From Phycisphaerae bacterium (lineage in GTDB: Bacteria; Planctomycetota; Phycisphaerae; Tepidisphaerales; Tepidisphaeraceae): a DNA stretch of 64,000 bases. This document shows, in pieces, positions 42,952 to 53,037 of the stretch. Under the pieces are notes generated by a model, which did no database searches, was not told the DNA's origin, and saw only the letters and a program-made list of their open reading frames with translations. Location of the stretch: the NCBI GenBank assembly GCA_031411495.1, contig JANOBD010000081.1:1519-65518 (forward strand), given 5' to 3'. The translations under genes were made by a program, and so were the position numbers. Within the stretch, counting starts at the first letter, position 1, and each line of letters opens with the position of its first letter.

Positions 42952-44454
42952 ATGAACCCTCAAACCGCCTACGACGCGCTCAAGAAAGAGCTGTTCCAAC
43001 TCGCGATCATCAACTCCACCAACGCGCTCATCGGCTGGGATGAGAACACGCATCTGCCCGACAACGGCACGGCCTGGCGGGCGGAACAGTCGGCGTTCTT
43101 CGGCAAGCTGTCTCACGCGACATTCACGAAGAAGGAAATCGGCGACCTGATCTCGGCCGTCGAAGGATCGGACCTCGCGAAGGACGGAGCAAGCGACATC
43201 GGCGCGAACATCCGCGAGCTTCGCCGCAGCTACACCCGCGCGACGAAACTCCCCGGCTCGCTCGTGGAAGAGATGGCCAAGCACAACGTGTTGGCGCAGC
43301 AGGCGTGGGTCGATGCGCGCAAGAACAAGACGTTCCCCACCTTCGCGCCATGGCTGAAAAAGACCTACGACCTCAAGCGGCAGGAGGCCGAGTGTGTCGG
43401 CTTCAAGGAGCACATCTACGACGCGTTGCTCGACGACTACGAGCCGTACGAAACCGCGGCCGGCGCGCGGAAAGTGCTCGAAGGCTTGCGCGGCGAACTG
43501 GTCGGGCTCGTGAAGAAGGTGCAGAACTCACCGAAGAAGGCGCCGGAACTCAAAGGGCCGTTCCCGCTGGATGCGCAGGAGAAGTTCGGCAAGCTCGCCG
43601 CCGAGAAGGTCGGCTTCGACTTCACCTCCGGCCGGCTTGACGTCTCTGTACATCCGTTCTGCTCCGGCATGGCGGCGGGCGATACGCGCATGACGACGCG
43701 TTACGACGAATCCGATCTCGTCGGCGCGTTCTTCGGCGTCCTGCACGAGACGGGTCACGGCCTGTACGAGCAGGGCTTGAAGAAAGCAGAGAATCCCGGC
43801 CTGCCGATCGCGGATGCGATCTCGCTGGGTATCCACGAGAGCCAAAGCCGGATGTGGGAGAACCTCGTCGGCCGCTCGAAAGCGTTCTGGAGCTACTTCG
43901 CGCCGATCGCGCGCGAGCATTTCTCGACGCTCAAGAGCGTGAGCGATCAGGACATGATGTTCGCGTTCAACGACGTCGCGCCGAGCTTCATCCGCACCGA
44001 GAGCGATGAGGTGACCTACAACCTGCACATCCTGCTGCGGTTTGAACTCGAGACCGCGCTGCTGAGCAAGGAACTCGACGCGAAGGACCTGCCCGAAGCG
44101 TGGAATGCGAAGATGAAGCAGTACCTCGGCATCACGCCGCCGGACGATGCGAAGGGATGTCTGCAGGATGTGCATTGGAGCTGCGGCCTTGTCGGCTACT
44201 TCCCGACCTACACGCTGGGCAACCTCTACTCGGCGCAGTTCTTCGAACAGGCGCGCAAGGATCTGGGCGATCTGGATGCAATGTTCGCCAAAGGCGAGTT
44301 CGCGCCGCTGCTCGGCTGGCTGCGCAAGAACATTCACCAGCACGGGAAGCGGTACAGCGCGCGCGACCTGGTGAAGAAGGTGACCGGTAGCGACCTGAGC
44401 GCGACGGCGCTGCTGAGCTATCTGAAGAAGAAGGTCGAAACCTACTACGGTTGA
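42952..44454 (+). CDS. M32-family metallocarboxypeptidase (thermostable carboxypeptidase Taq-like)
   Basis: HETGHGLYEQG (HExxH) is present. Other M32 motifs present are DTRMTTRY (DxRxT), GIHESQSR (HESQ), FIRTESDE (IRxxADE) and CLQDVHWSCG (GxxQDxHW). Confidence 0.85.
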   Translation: MNPQTAYDALKKELFQLAIINSTNALIGWDENTHLPDNGTAWRAEQSAFFGKLSHATFTKKEIGDLISAVEGSDLAKDGASDIGANIRELRRSYTRATKLPGSLVEEMAKHNVLAQQAWVDARKNKTFPTFAPWLKKTYDLKRQEAECVGFKEHIYDALLDDYEPYETAAGARKVLEGLRGELVGLVKKVQNSPKKAPELKGPFPLDAQEKFGKLAAEKVGFDFTSGRLDVSVHPFCSGMAAGDTRMTTRYDESDLVGAFFGVLHETGHGLYEQGLKKAENPGLPIADAISLGIHESQSRMWENLVGRSKAFWSYFAPIAREHFSTLKSVSDQDMMFAFNDVAPSFIRTESDEVTYNLHILLRFELETALLSKELDAKDLPEAWNAKMKQYLGITPPDDAKGCLQDVHWSCGLVGYFPTYTLGNLYSAQFFEQARKDLGDLDAMFAKGEFAPLLGWLRKNIHQHGKRYSARDLVKKVTGSDLSATALLSYLKKKVETYYG

Positions 44455-44502
44455 ACGCGCCGATCGGTTCCAGGTAAATCGAGTTCGTTGCGACCCAAGG
44501 GG

Positions 44503-44523
44503 GTGGCGGCTTAAGCCGCCGCC
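44503..44523 (+). terminator. Stem-loop GGCGGC ttaa GCCGCCGCC after the carboxypeptidase gene
   Basis: Palindrome read directly from the sequence, ~50 bp after the stop codon. Confidence 0.4.
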
Positions 44524-44694
44524 CCGATGCGCGTGGCGACATCGTGTTCGGGGTTTGAAAGGTGCGACAACGGCGCGAAGCAAGGTGTCTGTGGCTCGCG
44601 CGATCATTGGCGAGCCCCCCCGAATCCGGATACACTCCGAGGCCCGACAGGTCGGTAATCGGCCTTCGCATCGCTCGACACCGAAGGAGTCTGG

Positions 44695-46374
44695 ATGGGT
44701 TCGCATCTGCTGGCGGCAATTGATTTCGGCCCGTACGTCGCGTGGTGGAAGGCCATTCCCTTCCTCTTCCTTTTCTTTTTCTGGGCGCGAATCCTCACTT
44801 GGATCGACAAGGACACGAAGAAGGTCAACCTGGCCCGTCAGGGCATCAATGCGGGGACCGTCGTCATGTTCCTGCTGGGTATTGGAGCGTTTTTCTTCCT
44901 GCAGGGATTTGGCCTGGCGCTGGGCGTCTTCGTTGCGCTCATGGCCGTCAGCTTCGGCGGATACATCGGGTACCGCTCGAGCCAGGTCGGGCTCGGCGAT
45001 CTGAAAGATTCACTCGCCGACGATTTCGGTTCCATGCTCCGATTCGGCAAGCCCAAGGACGAGAAGTCCGAACTCGCCACCGGCGATTTCATTTTCTCGC
45101 CAAAGAGCGGCCAGAACATCCGCAACCCCGATGCAGAAGACCCGAATTACCAGGGATACATCGCGCTATGTCAGTTGCTGATGGACCCGATGGTCAAAGG
45201 CGCGCAGACGATCGAAATGGGCCCGAGTGGTGAGAGCACCATCTCGAGATACCTTGTCGATGGGGTGCCGTACGACGGCATCAAGCTCGAAAAGCCGCAG
45301 GCGGCCGAGGCCGTACTGCTCGTCAAACGCCTGGCAAACCTCGACGTCGACGAAAAGCGCAAGCCGCAGGTCGGCAAGTTCAAGATGGGTTTTGCCGGCG
45401 AGAAGCACGAAATCCAGGTGAAGGTGCAGGGGAGCAGCGCCGGCGAATCGATGCGGATGGAGTTCGATGTCCCGCAGCGCTACCAGATGAAGTCGCACGA
45501 GCTCGGCTTCACCGCCGACCAGCTCCAGTACTTCCAGGATACGCTCGATGAGCCCGGCATCGTGCTGCTGGCGATGCCGAAGGGCACCGGCCTGACGACG
45601 CTCGAATACGCCATGCTCCGCAACCATGATGCGTTCACGAGCCACATCCTGACGATCGAACGGGATCCGCCGATCGAACTCGAAGGCATCACGCAGAACA
45701 AGCTCGGCGCCGGCGCATCGCCGGCTGAAGAGGCCAAGACCGTCTCCTGGGTGACGAGCCAGGAACCGAGCGTGCTGATGGTGAGCAGCGTCGAGACCTC
45801 CGAGGCGGCCAACGACCTGATCAAGTACGCCGCCAACGGCCGACGCGCCTACGTGGGCCTCAAGGCCGGCGACGTCTTCGAAGCACTCGAGCAGTGGCGA
45901 AAACTCGTCGGCGATACGAACCGCGCGATGTCGCAGGTGAGTTTTGTCGTCGCGGGTCGCGTGTTCCGACGCCTCTGCGACGCGACCAAGATTGCCTACT
46001 CGCCGGACGAAAAGCTGCTCCGCCAGCTCGGCATGCACCCCGGCCGAGTCACCGAACTCTACAAGCCGAACTTCGGCCCGCTCCGCGACGCACGTGGCAA
46101 TGAAGTGCCCGACACGTACTGCTTCGGTCTGGGTTACAAGGGCCGGTTCGGCGTGTACGAACTGTTCGTGATCGACGACGAAATCCGCGCCGCCCTCAAC
46201 CAGGGCCTGACCGGACAGCAGATGCGCACGCTCTTCCGTAAGCAGAAGCGAAAGTACATTCAGGAACTGGCGCTGGCGCGCCTCGAAGGCGGCGATACCG
46301 ATGTGAAGGAGTTCCTCCGCGTGCTCAAGCCTTCGGGAAGTGACGACGCGAAGAAGCCGCCGACCCGCATGTGA
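44695..46374 (+). CDS. Membrane-anchored GspE/PilB-like secretion ATPase homolog with degenerate nucleotide-binding motifs (probable pseudo-ATPase)
   Basis: Two N-terminal TM helices. N2-domain match RLANLDVDEKRKPQVGKFKMGFAGEKHEIQVKVQGSSAGESMRMEFD (cf. RIKIMAGLDIAEKRLPQDGRF...RVSTLPT..GEKVVLRLL). Walker A is replaced by MPKGTGLTT (consensus GPTGSGKTT; the Lys is lost). Asp-box-like ILTIERDPPIELEGITQ. His-box degenerated. C-terminal CDATK...YCFGLGYKGRFGVYE is a tetra-Cys-like element. Confidence 0.55.
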   Translation: MGSHLLAAIDFGPYVAWWKAIPFLFLFFFWARILTWIDKDTKKVNLARQGINAGTVVMFLLGIGAFFFLQGFGLALGVFVALMAVSFGGYIGYRSSQVGLGDLKDSLADDFGSMLRFGKPKDEKSELATGDFIFSPKSGQNIRNPDAEDPNYQGYIALCQLLMDPMVKGAQTIEMGPSGESTISRYLVDGVPYDGIKLEKPQAAEAVLLVKRLANLDVDEKRKPQVGKFKMGFAGEKHEIQVKVQGSSAGESMRMEFDVPQRYQMKSHELGFTADQLQYFQDTLDEPGIVLLAMPKGTGLTTLEYAMLRNHDAFTSHILTIERDPPIELEGITQNKLGAGASPAEEAKTVSWVTSQEPSVLMVSSVETSEAANDLIKYAANGRRAYVGLKAGDVFEALEQWRKLVGDTNRAMSQVSFVVAGRVFRRLCDATKIAYSPDEKLLRQLGMHPGRVTELYKPNFGPLRDARGNEVPDTYCFGLGYKGRFGVYELFVIDDEIRAALNQGLTGQQMRTLFRKQKRKYIQELALARLEGGDTDVKEFLRVLKPSGSDDAKKPPTRM

Positions 46375-46435
46375 GCCCGGCTGTCACGTGTTTGCCGACG
46401 ACATTTACAACGAAACTCCGTAGCGAGATTTCATC

Positions 46436-47698
46436 ATGATCCTCAGCATCCTCGCCATCCTCATCATCCTGGGCATCGCCTATTTTCACTGGGTGCAGGG
46501 TCTGTTCAGCGCCTCGATCTCGATGACGCTCGCGATCCTCGCCTCTGCGCTGGCGATCGGCATGCACGAGTGGCTTGCCACGTCGTTCCTCGGCGGCGCG
46601 CTGGCGGATTACGCGAACGCCATCATGATGTGCGTGACTTTCGCGATCATTTACTTCGTCGGTCGCATCCTGTTCGACACGCTCGTGCCGGGGAACGTGT
46701 CGGTGCCACTTTACATGGATAAGGTCGGCGGCGGCGTGTGCGGGCTGGTTGCCGCGCTTTTTGCCGTCGGAACGCTCCTGCTGGCGGCGCAGACGCTGCC
46801 GTTTGGCGTCGCGATCGCCGGCTTCGGGCGGTATCCCGTCGCCGTTTCCAAGGAGGTGACCGTGCCCGGCCAACGTCGCGCCGCCGATGCTCAGGTGGTC
46901 GACGCACTCGACCTCGAAGCCGGAAAGACCATGCCTGCCGAAACGGCAAAGCTGGGCATGATCGTTCCGGTCGACTCGATGGTGCTGAACTTCGCATCGT
47001 TCCAGAGTGCCAGCGGCGCGCTCTCCGGCGACGTCGATTTAAACTCGCGCCACCCGGACCTTCTCAACGAACTTTTCTTCGCCCGCCTCGGACTCGAAGG
47101 CGGCGCCAAGCACGCTGCGCTCAATCTCGGCACCAAGAAGGAAATCTCCGTTTCCAAGATGTTCACCGCGCCTTCGCTGATCCAGATGGACAGCGAGTTG
47201 GCGCAGATCCGCCATCCGAAGTTCGCCGTTGAAAAGCAACTCAAGGCCGATGCGAATCATGTGATCCTGATTATTCGAACGCGGGTCGCCGCGAACGCCA
47301 CCGATAAGGACCGCAACTTCCGCTTCAGCCCGGGCTCTGTCCGACTGGTGGCCGGCGGCGCGAATTATTACCCCGTCGGCACCCTCTATCATCCCGGCAA
47401 CGTGCTGCTCGCGAACCGCATCGACGATTTCATCATCTCGGTCGGCGATGCCGAGTTTGACCTCGTCTTCTATATCGATCGCAAGTCGGCACTCGAAGAG
47501 CCTGATGCCAAGAGCGACCTGAAGGCCAAGGCCGGTTCCTTCCTGGAAGTGAAGCGATACGCCCGCGTCGAACTCGGCGGAATGGAAATCGTCCCGACAC
47601 TCGATGCGCCGGCGACAGACGGCATTCTCCGCAAGACGCAGACGGAAGACGAAATCAAAAAGCGCCTTTCGGGCGCTGCGCTCGAAGAAGGAAAGTAG
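46436..47698 (+). CDS. CvpA-like 4-TM membrane protein with large C-terminal soluble extension
   Basis: N-terminus ILSILAILIILGIAYFHWVQGLFSA and DKVGGGVCGLVAALFAVGTLLLA resemble the CvpA (colicin V production) TM1 and DRxLGxxFGxxRG regions. The following ~280 aa have no recognisable motif. Confidence 0.45.
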   Translation: MILSILAILIILGIAYFHWVQGLFSASISMTLAILASALAIGMHEWLATSFLGGALADYANAIMMCVTFAIIYFVGRILFDTLVPGNVSVPLYMDKVGGGVCGLVAALFAVGTLLLAAQTLPFGVAIAGFGRYPVAVSKEVTVPGQRRAADAQVVDALDLEAGKTMPAETAKLGMIVPVDSMVLNFASFQSASGALSGDVDLNSRHPDLLNELFFARLGLEGGAKHAALNLGTKKEISVSKMFTAPSLIQMDSELAQIRHPKFAVEKQLKADANHVILIIRTRVAANATDKDRNFRFSPGSVRLVAGGANYYPVGTLYHPGNVLLANRIDDFIISVGDAEFDLVFYIDRKSALEEPDAKSDLKAKAGSFLEVKRYARVELGGMEIVPTLDAPATDGILRKTQTEDEIKKRLSGAALEEGK

Positions 47699-47727
47699 CC
47701 GCGCACATCCGCCGGCATCGTGATCGA

Positions 47728-48990
47728 TCAGTTTGACTTCGGCTTCTCGGCAGCGCGCTTTGCCGCCTCGGCCTCTCGCCGCGCTTCGTCGGCTTCACGG
47801 CGGGCGGATCGCGCATCGAGTTTCGCCTGCTCCGCTTCATGCCGAGCCGCTTCGGCATCGCACCGGGCGTCGCGGGCTTCTTTCCGAGCGCTGGCGATGG
47901 CACTCTCGGCCGAGTCGAGCGCATCGGTCACCGATCGGAGCGACGTCAACGCACCGCTTAGATCCTTCGACGCCGACTCCGCCTTCGCCGCCGCTTTGCT
48001 CAGCCCGGACCGCAGCGCATCCAGGGATGCCTGGATCTGCCGGAGCTGGCCATCCGCGTTGAGTTTCATCTCGTGGAGCAGCACGACGTTGGTCTTGCTC
48101 TGATCGACGGCGACGTGGGCGGCCCCGGCCGCCGATTGTGCGGCAGATGCTGCGACTTCGCGCTCCCCGACACCTTTGCGTGCCTCGTCCCGAACCTTCC
48201 GCGCTTCCGCGACCGCAGGCAACGCATCGAGGGAGTCCTCGAATCGCTGCTTCAACGCGGCCAACTCGCCTTGAGCCAATCGGAGCTCATCGAGCGCGGC
48301 CGCGTAAGGTTGATTCTGGCCAATGAGATTTCGGCGGATCGCGGTGAGTTTGTTCTTCGCATCGATCCACTGCCGGCTCGCTGCAGCGATCGCCGCCTCG
48401 TTTGGCGGGTCGTTGTTGCGGAGTTGCCTGAGCGCCTGCGCGCGTTTGTCGACGGCCTGCTGCGCCTGCGCGATCGCTGGGCTGCCCGTGAGCACGACCT
48501 CCAGATCTGCCGACAGCTTGGTGAACTTCGAGGTGCGCGACTCCACGAGATCGACTGAAGCTTTGAACGGCTTCGACGCCGCGAACGCGTTGCGCTCGCT
48601 TTGCCTGGCCGACTCGATCCGTCGTTCGCACAGTCCGAGCGCGGTTCGCGCTTCGTCGAGCGAGCCCTGCGACGTCTTGAGCTCTGCCGCCCGCGCGATC
48701 AGAGCCTGCTCTGCCTTCTCCACTTCGGCCTGCGCTTGTTGAATCGCGGTGTCGATCAGCGGCAGCAGGAGCAATCGCTGCTGCCGTTCGCGATCCAGCC
48801 CACGGATGGCGTCCGCCAGGGCGTCAGTACCCGCGTCGAGAACCTTGTGGATGTCCGCGACATCCGAACTGGCCGATCGCGTCCTGTCGTGGATCGACAG
48901 TGCTTCGCGCTGCGCGGAGTCGATCGAGTCGGAACCCAGTGCCAGCAAGCCGAGCGAAAAGACGAAAGCGAGTCTGGTGACGCTGCACAT
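47728..48990 (-). CDS. Secreted long alpha-helical coiled-coil protein
   Basis: Signal MCSVTRLAFVFSLGLLALG. The remainder is Ala/Glu/Arg/Gln-rich heptad-like sequence ending ARREADEARREAEAAKRAAEKPKSN. An alternative start is at 49017. Confidence 0.5.
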   Translation of the reverse strand: MCSVTRLAFVFSLGLLALGSDSIDSAQREALSIHDRTRSASSDVADIHKVLDAGTDALADAIRGLDRERQQRLLLLPLIDTAIQQAQAEVEKAEQALIARAAELKTSQGSLDEARTALGLCERRIESARQSERNAFAASKPFKASVDLVESRTSKFTKLSADLEVVLTGSPAIAQAQQAVDKRAQALRQLRNNDPPNEAAIAAASRQWIDAKNKLTAIRRNLIGQNQPYAAALDELRLAQGELAALKQRFEDSLDALPAVAEARKVRDEARKGVGEREVAASAAQSAAGAAHVAVDQSKTNVVLLHEMKLNADGQLRQIQASLDALRSGLSKAAAKAESASKDLSGALTSLRSVTDALDSAESAIASARKEARDARCDAEAARHEAEQAKLDARSARREADEARREAEAAKRAAEKPKSN

Positions 48991-49099
48991 CGGAGGTGCC
49001 TCCGGTATGAAAGACATCTCATTCTGCGAGGCGTTGGCAAAAAAAGATCCGCACGTTGCCGTGCGGATGGGAGGGTTGGGTTGTCGGCTGTCCGGGCGT

Positions 49100-51473
49100 T
49101 CAGTTCAGGATGTCGTGATTTCGACCGCCGGTCGAGGATCGACGGACGGTTGCCCCGGTGCCGGCAACAGCGGGCGTGTTGAGAACCGAGTGCTCATAGT
49201 TCTGCGCCAGCAGCAGCAGGTCGGCGAAGTCGACCGTGCCGGCGGCGTCGTAGTCGACGTTGCCCTGGCTGTAGGTCTTGTTGCTGCTCCCGTAGTTCTG
49301 CACGAGCGTGAGCAGGTCGTCGAACCCGACGGCGCGGTCACGGTTCAGATCGCCGCAGAGGACGAAGAAGCTCGAGGTGGCATCGGCGCCCAGCGCCAGG
49401 CCCTGGCTGTGGGTGAGAGAAGCCCGGGCGATCGTCGCCTGGTAGTTGCCATCGGGCAGGATCGCGCCGAAGCGGAATGTCGCGCGGTTCGTGTTGGTGT
49501 CGTATTGCGCCGTTGTCGCCGCGATGACCTGGTTGGTCGTCGTGTTCAGCAGCACGAGATCGCTCGCCTGCAGGCTCGCGCCGACGCCGAGCGAGAAGTC
49601 GAAGCTGACGGTTTGAGCGGTCTCGAAACCGAAGTTGCTGGCGATCGCCATCGGCGGCGTGTCATTGATCACGACGCTGGCGGTATTGCCGGCGCCGACG
49701 ACGTACGCGCCGCCGCCGAGCGTGAGGGTGACATTCTCGGTGGCTTCGACCGCGCCATCGGCGATCGGGACGACCTGGAGATTGACGCTCGAGGCTTCAT
49801 TGCCCAGCGAGATCGCATTGCCGGTGATCAGGACGCCGTCCTGGTACACGTTGTAGTCGACGCCGCGAGTCGCCGATCCGCCGAGCGTGATATTGACGGT
49901 GAGCGGGCTGCTGGTCGGGCCGTTGCGTGCGATATTGAAGGTCGCCGGATCGGCGGCCACTTCCGAAGCCGAACCGTCGGTGGCGCTGGTGCTGGCGGTG
50001 GGCAGGATGTTCATCTTGAGCGTGTATCCGGAGCTGATGCCGCTCGTGCCGGTGGAGGAGCCGAAGCCATGCGCCCGGGCGGTATAGGTTTGTCCGGCGA
50101 CAAAGTTGTAGCTGATGGTCTCGAGCGCCGGGGTCGTCGGAGTGCCGCTGGTCGGGTTGGTGGACGAAGCGAGCAGATTGAGCGCACTGTCGTACAGGTA
50201 CAGGTCCACGTCACGATCGGTGATCGCGAGTTGAACGGTTCCGGTTCCGGTGCTGGCGGCGACGAACTTGAAGTAGTCGTTTTCGTTGCTGATGTGAGCG
50301 GTCAGGCCCGACTGGTTCTGCACGCCCATCACGCCGAGGTTGGTGGCGGTTTCGGGCGTGTTGTTCGGTTCGAAGCGGTCGGGAAGAATGCTGCCGCCCA
50401 CCGCCGAGCCGGTGTTGAGCGTATACGGAACCAGGACGGTGTTGTTCACTTCGTTGGTTTCCTGGATGACGTTGTTGGCATCCAGCGTGACTTCGAGGAA
50501 GTAATTGCCGTTCGGCACGCCGGTCACGTCGATCCACTGGCCGTCGTAGATGTTGTCGTAGACGTCGGCGCGGCCGACACTGATTCCCTGCAGGAAGCCG
50601 CAGCCGGTGCTGGGCTGACCCGGCTTGTTGTAGCCCGGGAGGGTGGAGCTGCTGGCGCCCGACGAGGGAATGGTGAACGTCGAGAGGATGTTGATCAGGC
50701 AGAACCCGATCTTGTCGCCGACGGCATCGGCGCCGTCGAAGCCGGTGCGCTTGGCGACAGGGCCGGGCGTGCCGTCGGGATTCTTCGTGAGCAGGCGGTA
50801 GTTGGCATACCCTTCCAGGTGGAAGTGCGAATGGCCGCTGTGCCAGACCATCCGACCCGCCGGGCGATAGCCGGACAGCGAAAAGCTCGTCCCGTCATAG
50901 GTGTAAATCTGCTGGACGACGTTTTGAGTTCCATCCGGATTGACCCATGTGGAGACGCCCGAACCTGCAGGCGGCGTGCCGCTGTTGGCGCTGATGAGCG
51001 TCGCCGGGCCCGCCCCCTGGTTGGCGACCGCAGTCGAGAATCGCATCAGGTTGTGCCCGGCGATTTCGGTCGTGTCGATGAACGGAGAGAGATAGCCGGC
51101 GCTGAGCGGAACCAGGTCGGGCAGCGACGGGCCGGCGCGCGTGGAGTTCACGACCTGAGTCGGGAACGTGTCGGCGACATGGGTGATGTCGTCTTCGACG
51201 CGATGCGGATCGTAAAGCCAGTCGGCGCGGTTGTTGCTGTTCAATGGATTGAACGTTTCGGGCGCCCAGAGATCGTGCCCGACGAGTTGTGGGAACGCCG
51301 TGAGCACCATCGATGCCGGGACGTGAACGTTGCTTTCCACCATCGGGTTGATGTCAGCGATCGTCGGAACCTCTTCTACGCCAGTGCTGGAATGAAGCAT
51401 GGACCGCTTTTCGAGCGACTCGAGAGTGAGCGAAACTGACAAGCAAATACGTCGAGCGATGTGACGCTGGCGC
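49100..51473 (-). CDS. Lysyl-oxidase-like copper amine oxidase domain protein fused to pre-peptidase C-terminal (PPC) domain, Calx-beta domain and C-terminal dockerin; secreted
   Basis: N-terminal motif LTLESLEKRSMLHS. LOX catalytic signature VWHSGHSHFHLE (cf. WHSCHQHYH Cu-binding His triad), VGDKIGFCL (LTQ Lys context KxxFCL), VYDNIYDGQWIDVTGVPNGNYFLEV...ETNEVNNTV (cf. [21 protein letters not shown]...ESDYTNNVV). PPC: NDYFKFV...DVDLYLYD. Calx-beta-like: ATFNIARNG...TVNITLGGSATRGVDY. Dockerin: CGDLNRDRAVGFDDLLTL...VDYDAAGTVDFADLLLL. Confidence 0.7.
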
Positions 51474-51747
51474 ATACAGAGCCTTTCAACGGTGGTTCGA
51501 GGTGCAAAGCTGAAAGTATGAGGTGTATCTGGATGCAGACCAGAGTTCAACAGAAAACGCCGCATTGGCCGCACATTCCGGGCAAACTCACACCGGACAA
51601 ACGCGGCGAATATCGGTTGATCCGCCTGCCGACCCCGCGGTAACACGCCTCGGGCGATTGCCATGGGCGTCCAGCGGGGTCCGTGGGTCGTCAAACGGAC
51701 GGGCCGGGCTACAGCTTTCTCGCCGACGCGGTAGAGTGTCTGCCCAC

Positions 51748-52707
51748 ATGCTCGACTGCGATTTCATCCCCACATTCGGCGACGTCTGTAAAGCCGCCGG
51801 GCGCCTGCGCGACATCGTCCGCCGAACGCCCGTTGTGCCGCTGCATGAGTTCTCGGCGAAACCGATCGGCATCTGGCTTAAGTGTGAGAATCTCCAGGTT
51901 TCGGGCGCGTTTAAGTATCGCGGCGCGATGAACGCTCTGCTCTGTCTTGACCCATCGGTCCGCCGACGCGGCGTCGCAACCCATTCCTCGGGCAACCACG
52001 GCGGGGCGCTCGCGTCTGCTGCGCGAAAGCTCGGCGTCGAGGCGCACATCGTCGTGCCCGCCTCGATCACCCCGTTCAAACGCGCCGCCATCGTCGAGCA
52101 GGGCGGCTTCATTTACGAGTGTGGGCCGAGCGTTGAAGATCGTGAAGCGATGCTCGCGCACGTGGTCGCTAAAACCGGGGCGAGCGTCGTTCACCCGTAC
52201 GACGACCCGAACGTCATCGCCGGCCAGGGTACCGCGGCGCTGGAACTGCTGGAGGAAATCCCGGACCTGGACGTGATCGTCGCGCCCATCAGTGGCGGCG
52301 GGCTGATGAGTGGTACGGCCATCGTCGCCCACGGCGTGGAGCCCGGCATCCGCCTCATCGGCGCCGAGCCGGAACTGGCGGGCGATGCGGCGATCTCGCT
52401 CTCCACCGGCAAACGCTCACCTCCGCTGCCGACGGCCGGCGACACGATGGCCGACGGCCTGCGCGCCGGGCTTTGCGAGCGGACATTCACGATCCTCTCC
52501 CGACACGTCGGCCACGTGATCACGGTGAGCGAAGAGCAGATCCTCGCGGCAATGAAAAGCATCTGGGATCAGACCCGGCTGGCGATCGAGCCATCTTCCG
52601 CAGTCGCGATCGCCGCCGTCCAGCGCGAGCCGGAACGGTTCGCGGGTAAACGGGTGGGGATCATCGTGACTGGCGGAAATATCGATGAGCGGCCAGCGAT
52701 GAAGTGA
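51748..52707 (+). CDS. PLP-dependent threonine/serine dehydratase family protein
   Basis: Motifs LQVSGAFKYRGAMNAL (PLP-Lys region SxKxRG) and HSSGNHGGALA (Gly-rich loop). ~319 aa. Confidence 0.8.
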   Translation: MLDCDFIPTFGDVCKAAGRLRDIVRRTPVVPLHEFSAKPIGIWLKCENLQVSGAFKYRGAMNALLCLDPSVRRRGVATHSSGNHGGALASAARKLGVEAHIVVPASITPFKRAAIVEQGGFIYECGPSVEDREAMLAHVVAKTGASVVHPYDDPNVIAGQGTAALELLEEIPDLDVIVAPISGGGLMSGTAIVAHGVEPGIRLIGAEPELAGDAAISLSTGKRSPPLPTAGDTMADGLRAGLCERTFTILSRHVGHVITVSEEQILAAMKSIWDQTRLAIEPSSAVAIAAVQREPERFAGKRVGIIVTGGNIDERPAMK

Positions 52708-53037
52708 GCGGCACTCATTTGCTCATCCGGAAAACGCCCGTCCGTCGATCGCGAAGCTGTGCAAAGCGGCGAGTCCGAGCGACTGCGCTTCTGCGATCAG
52801 AGAATGCCGTGGGCAAAACGTCGTTAATGAACGGCGTCGCAACGAATTGCTGCGGAAATTGCCCGTCGCTGCGCTGCGCCAATTCGCGCTTTTGCGCACC
52901 GTGAGCAGTAAGGTAACTGCGCGCAACGATCGTCATCGGGTATCCGAGATTGACGCACCCCCCTCACCTGGCCAAGGGTCGAGTGAGAGCTTCTGAGAGG
53001 AACTGAGAGCCTTTTCGAAAACCGCGGATCGAGTCTC

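Noticed and set aside
43528-44719. 392-aa and 195-aa - strand ORFs antisense to the M32 carboxypeptidase gene
   Set aside because: Shadow ORFs. The sense strand carries the HExxH and other M32 motifs.
48749-51439. 896-aa + strand ORF antisense to the lysyl-oxidase/dockerin gene
   Set aside because: Extremely Arg/Gly/Ala/Asp-rich antisense translation with no motifs. The - strand encodes clear LOX, PPC, Calx-beta and dockerin signatures.
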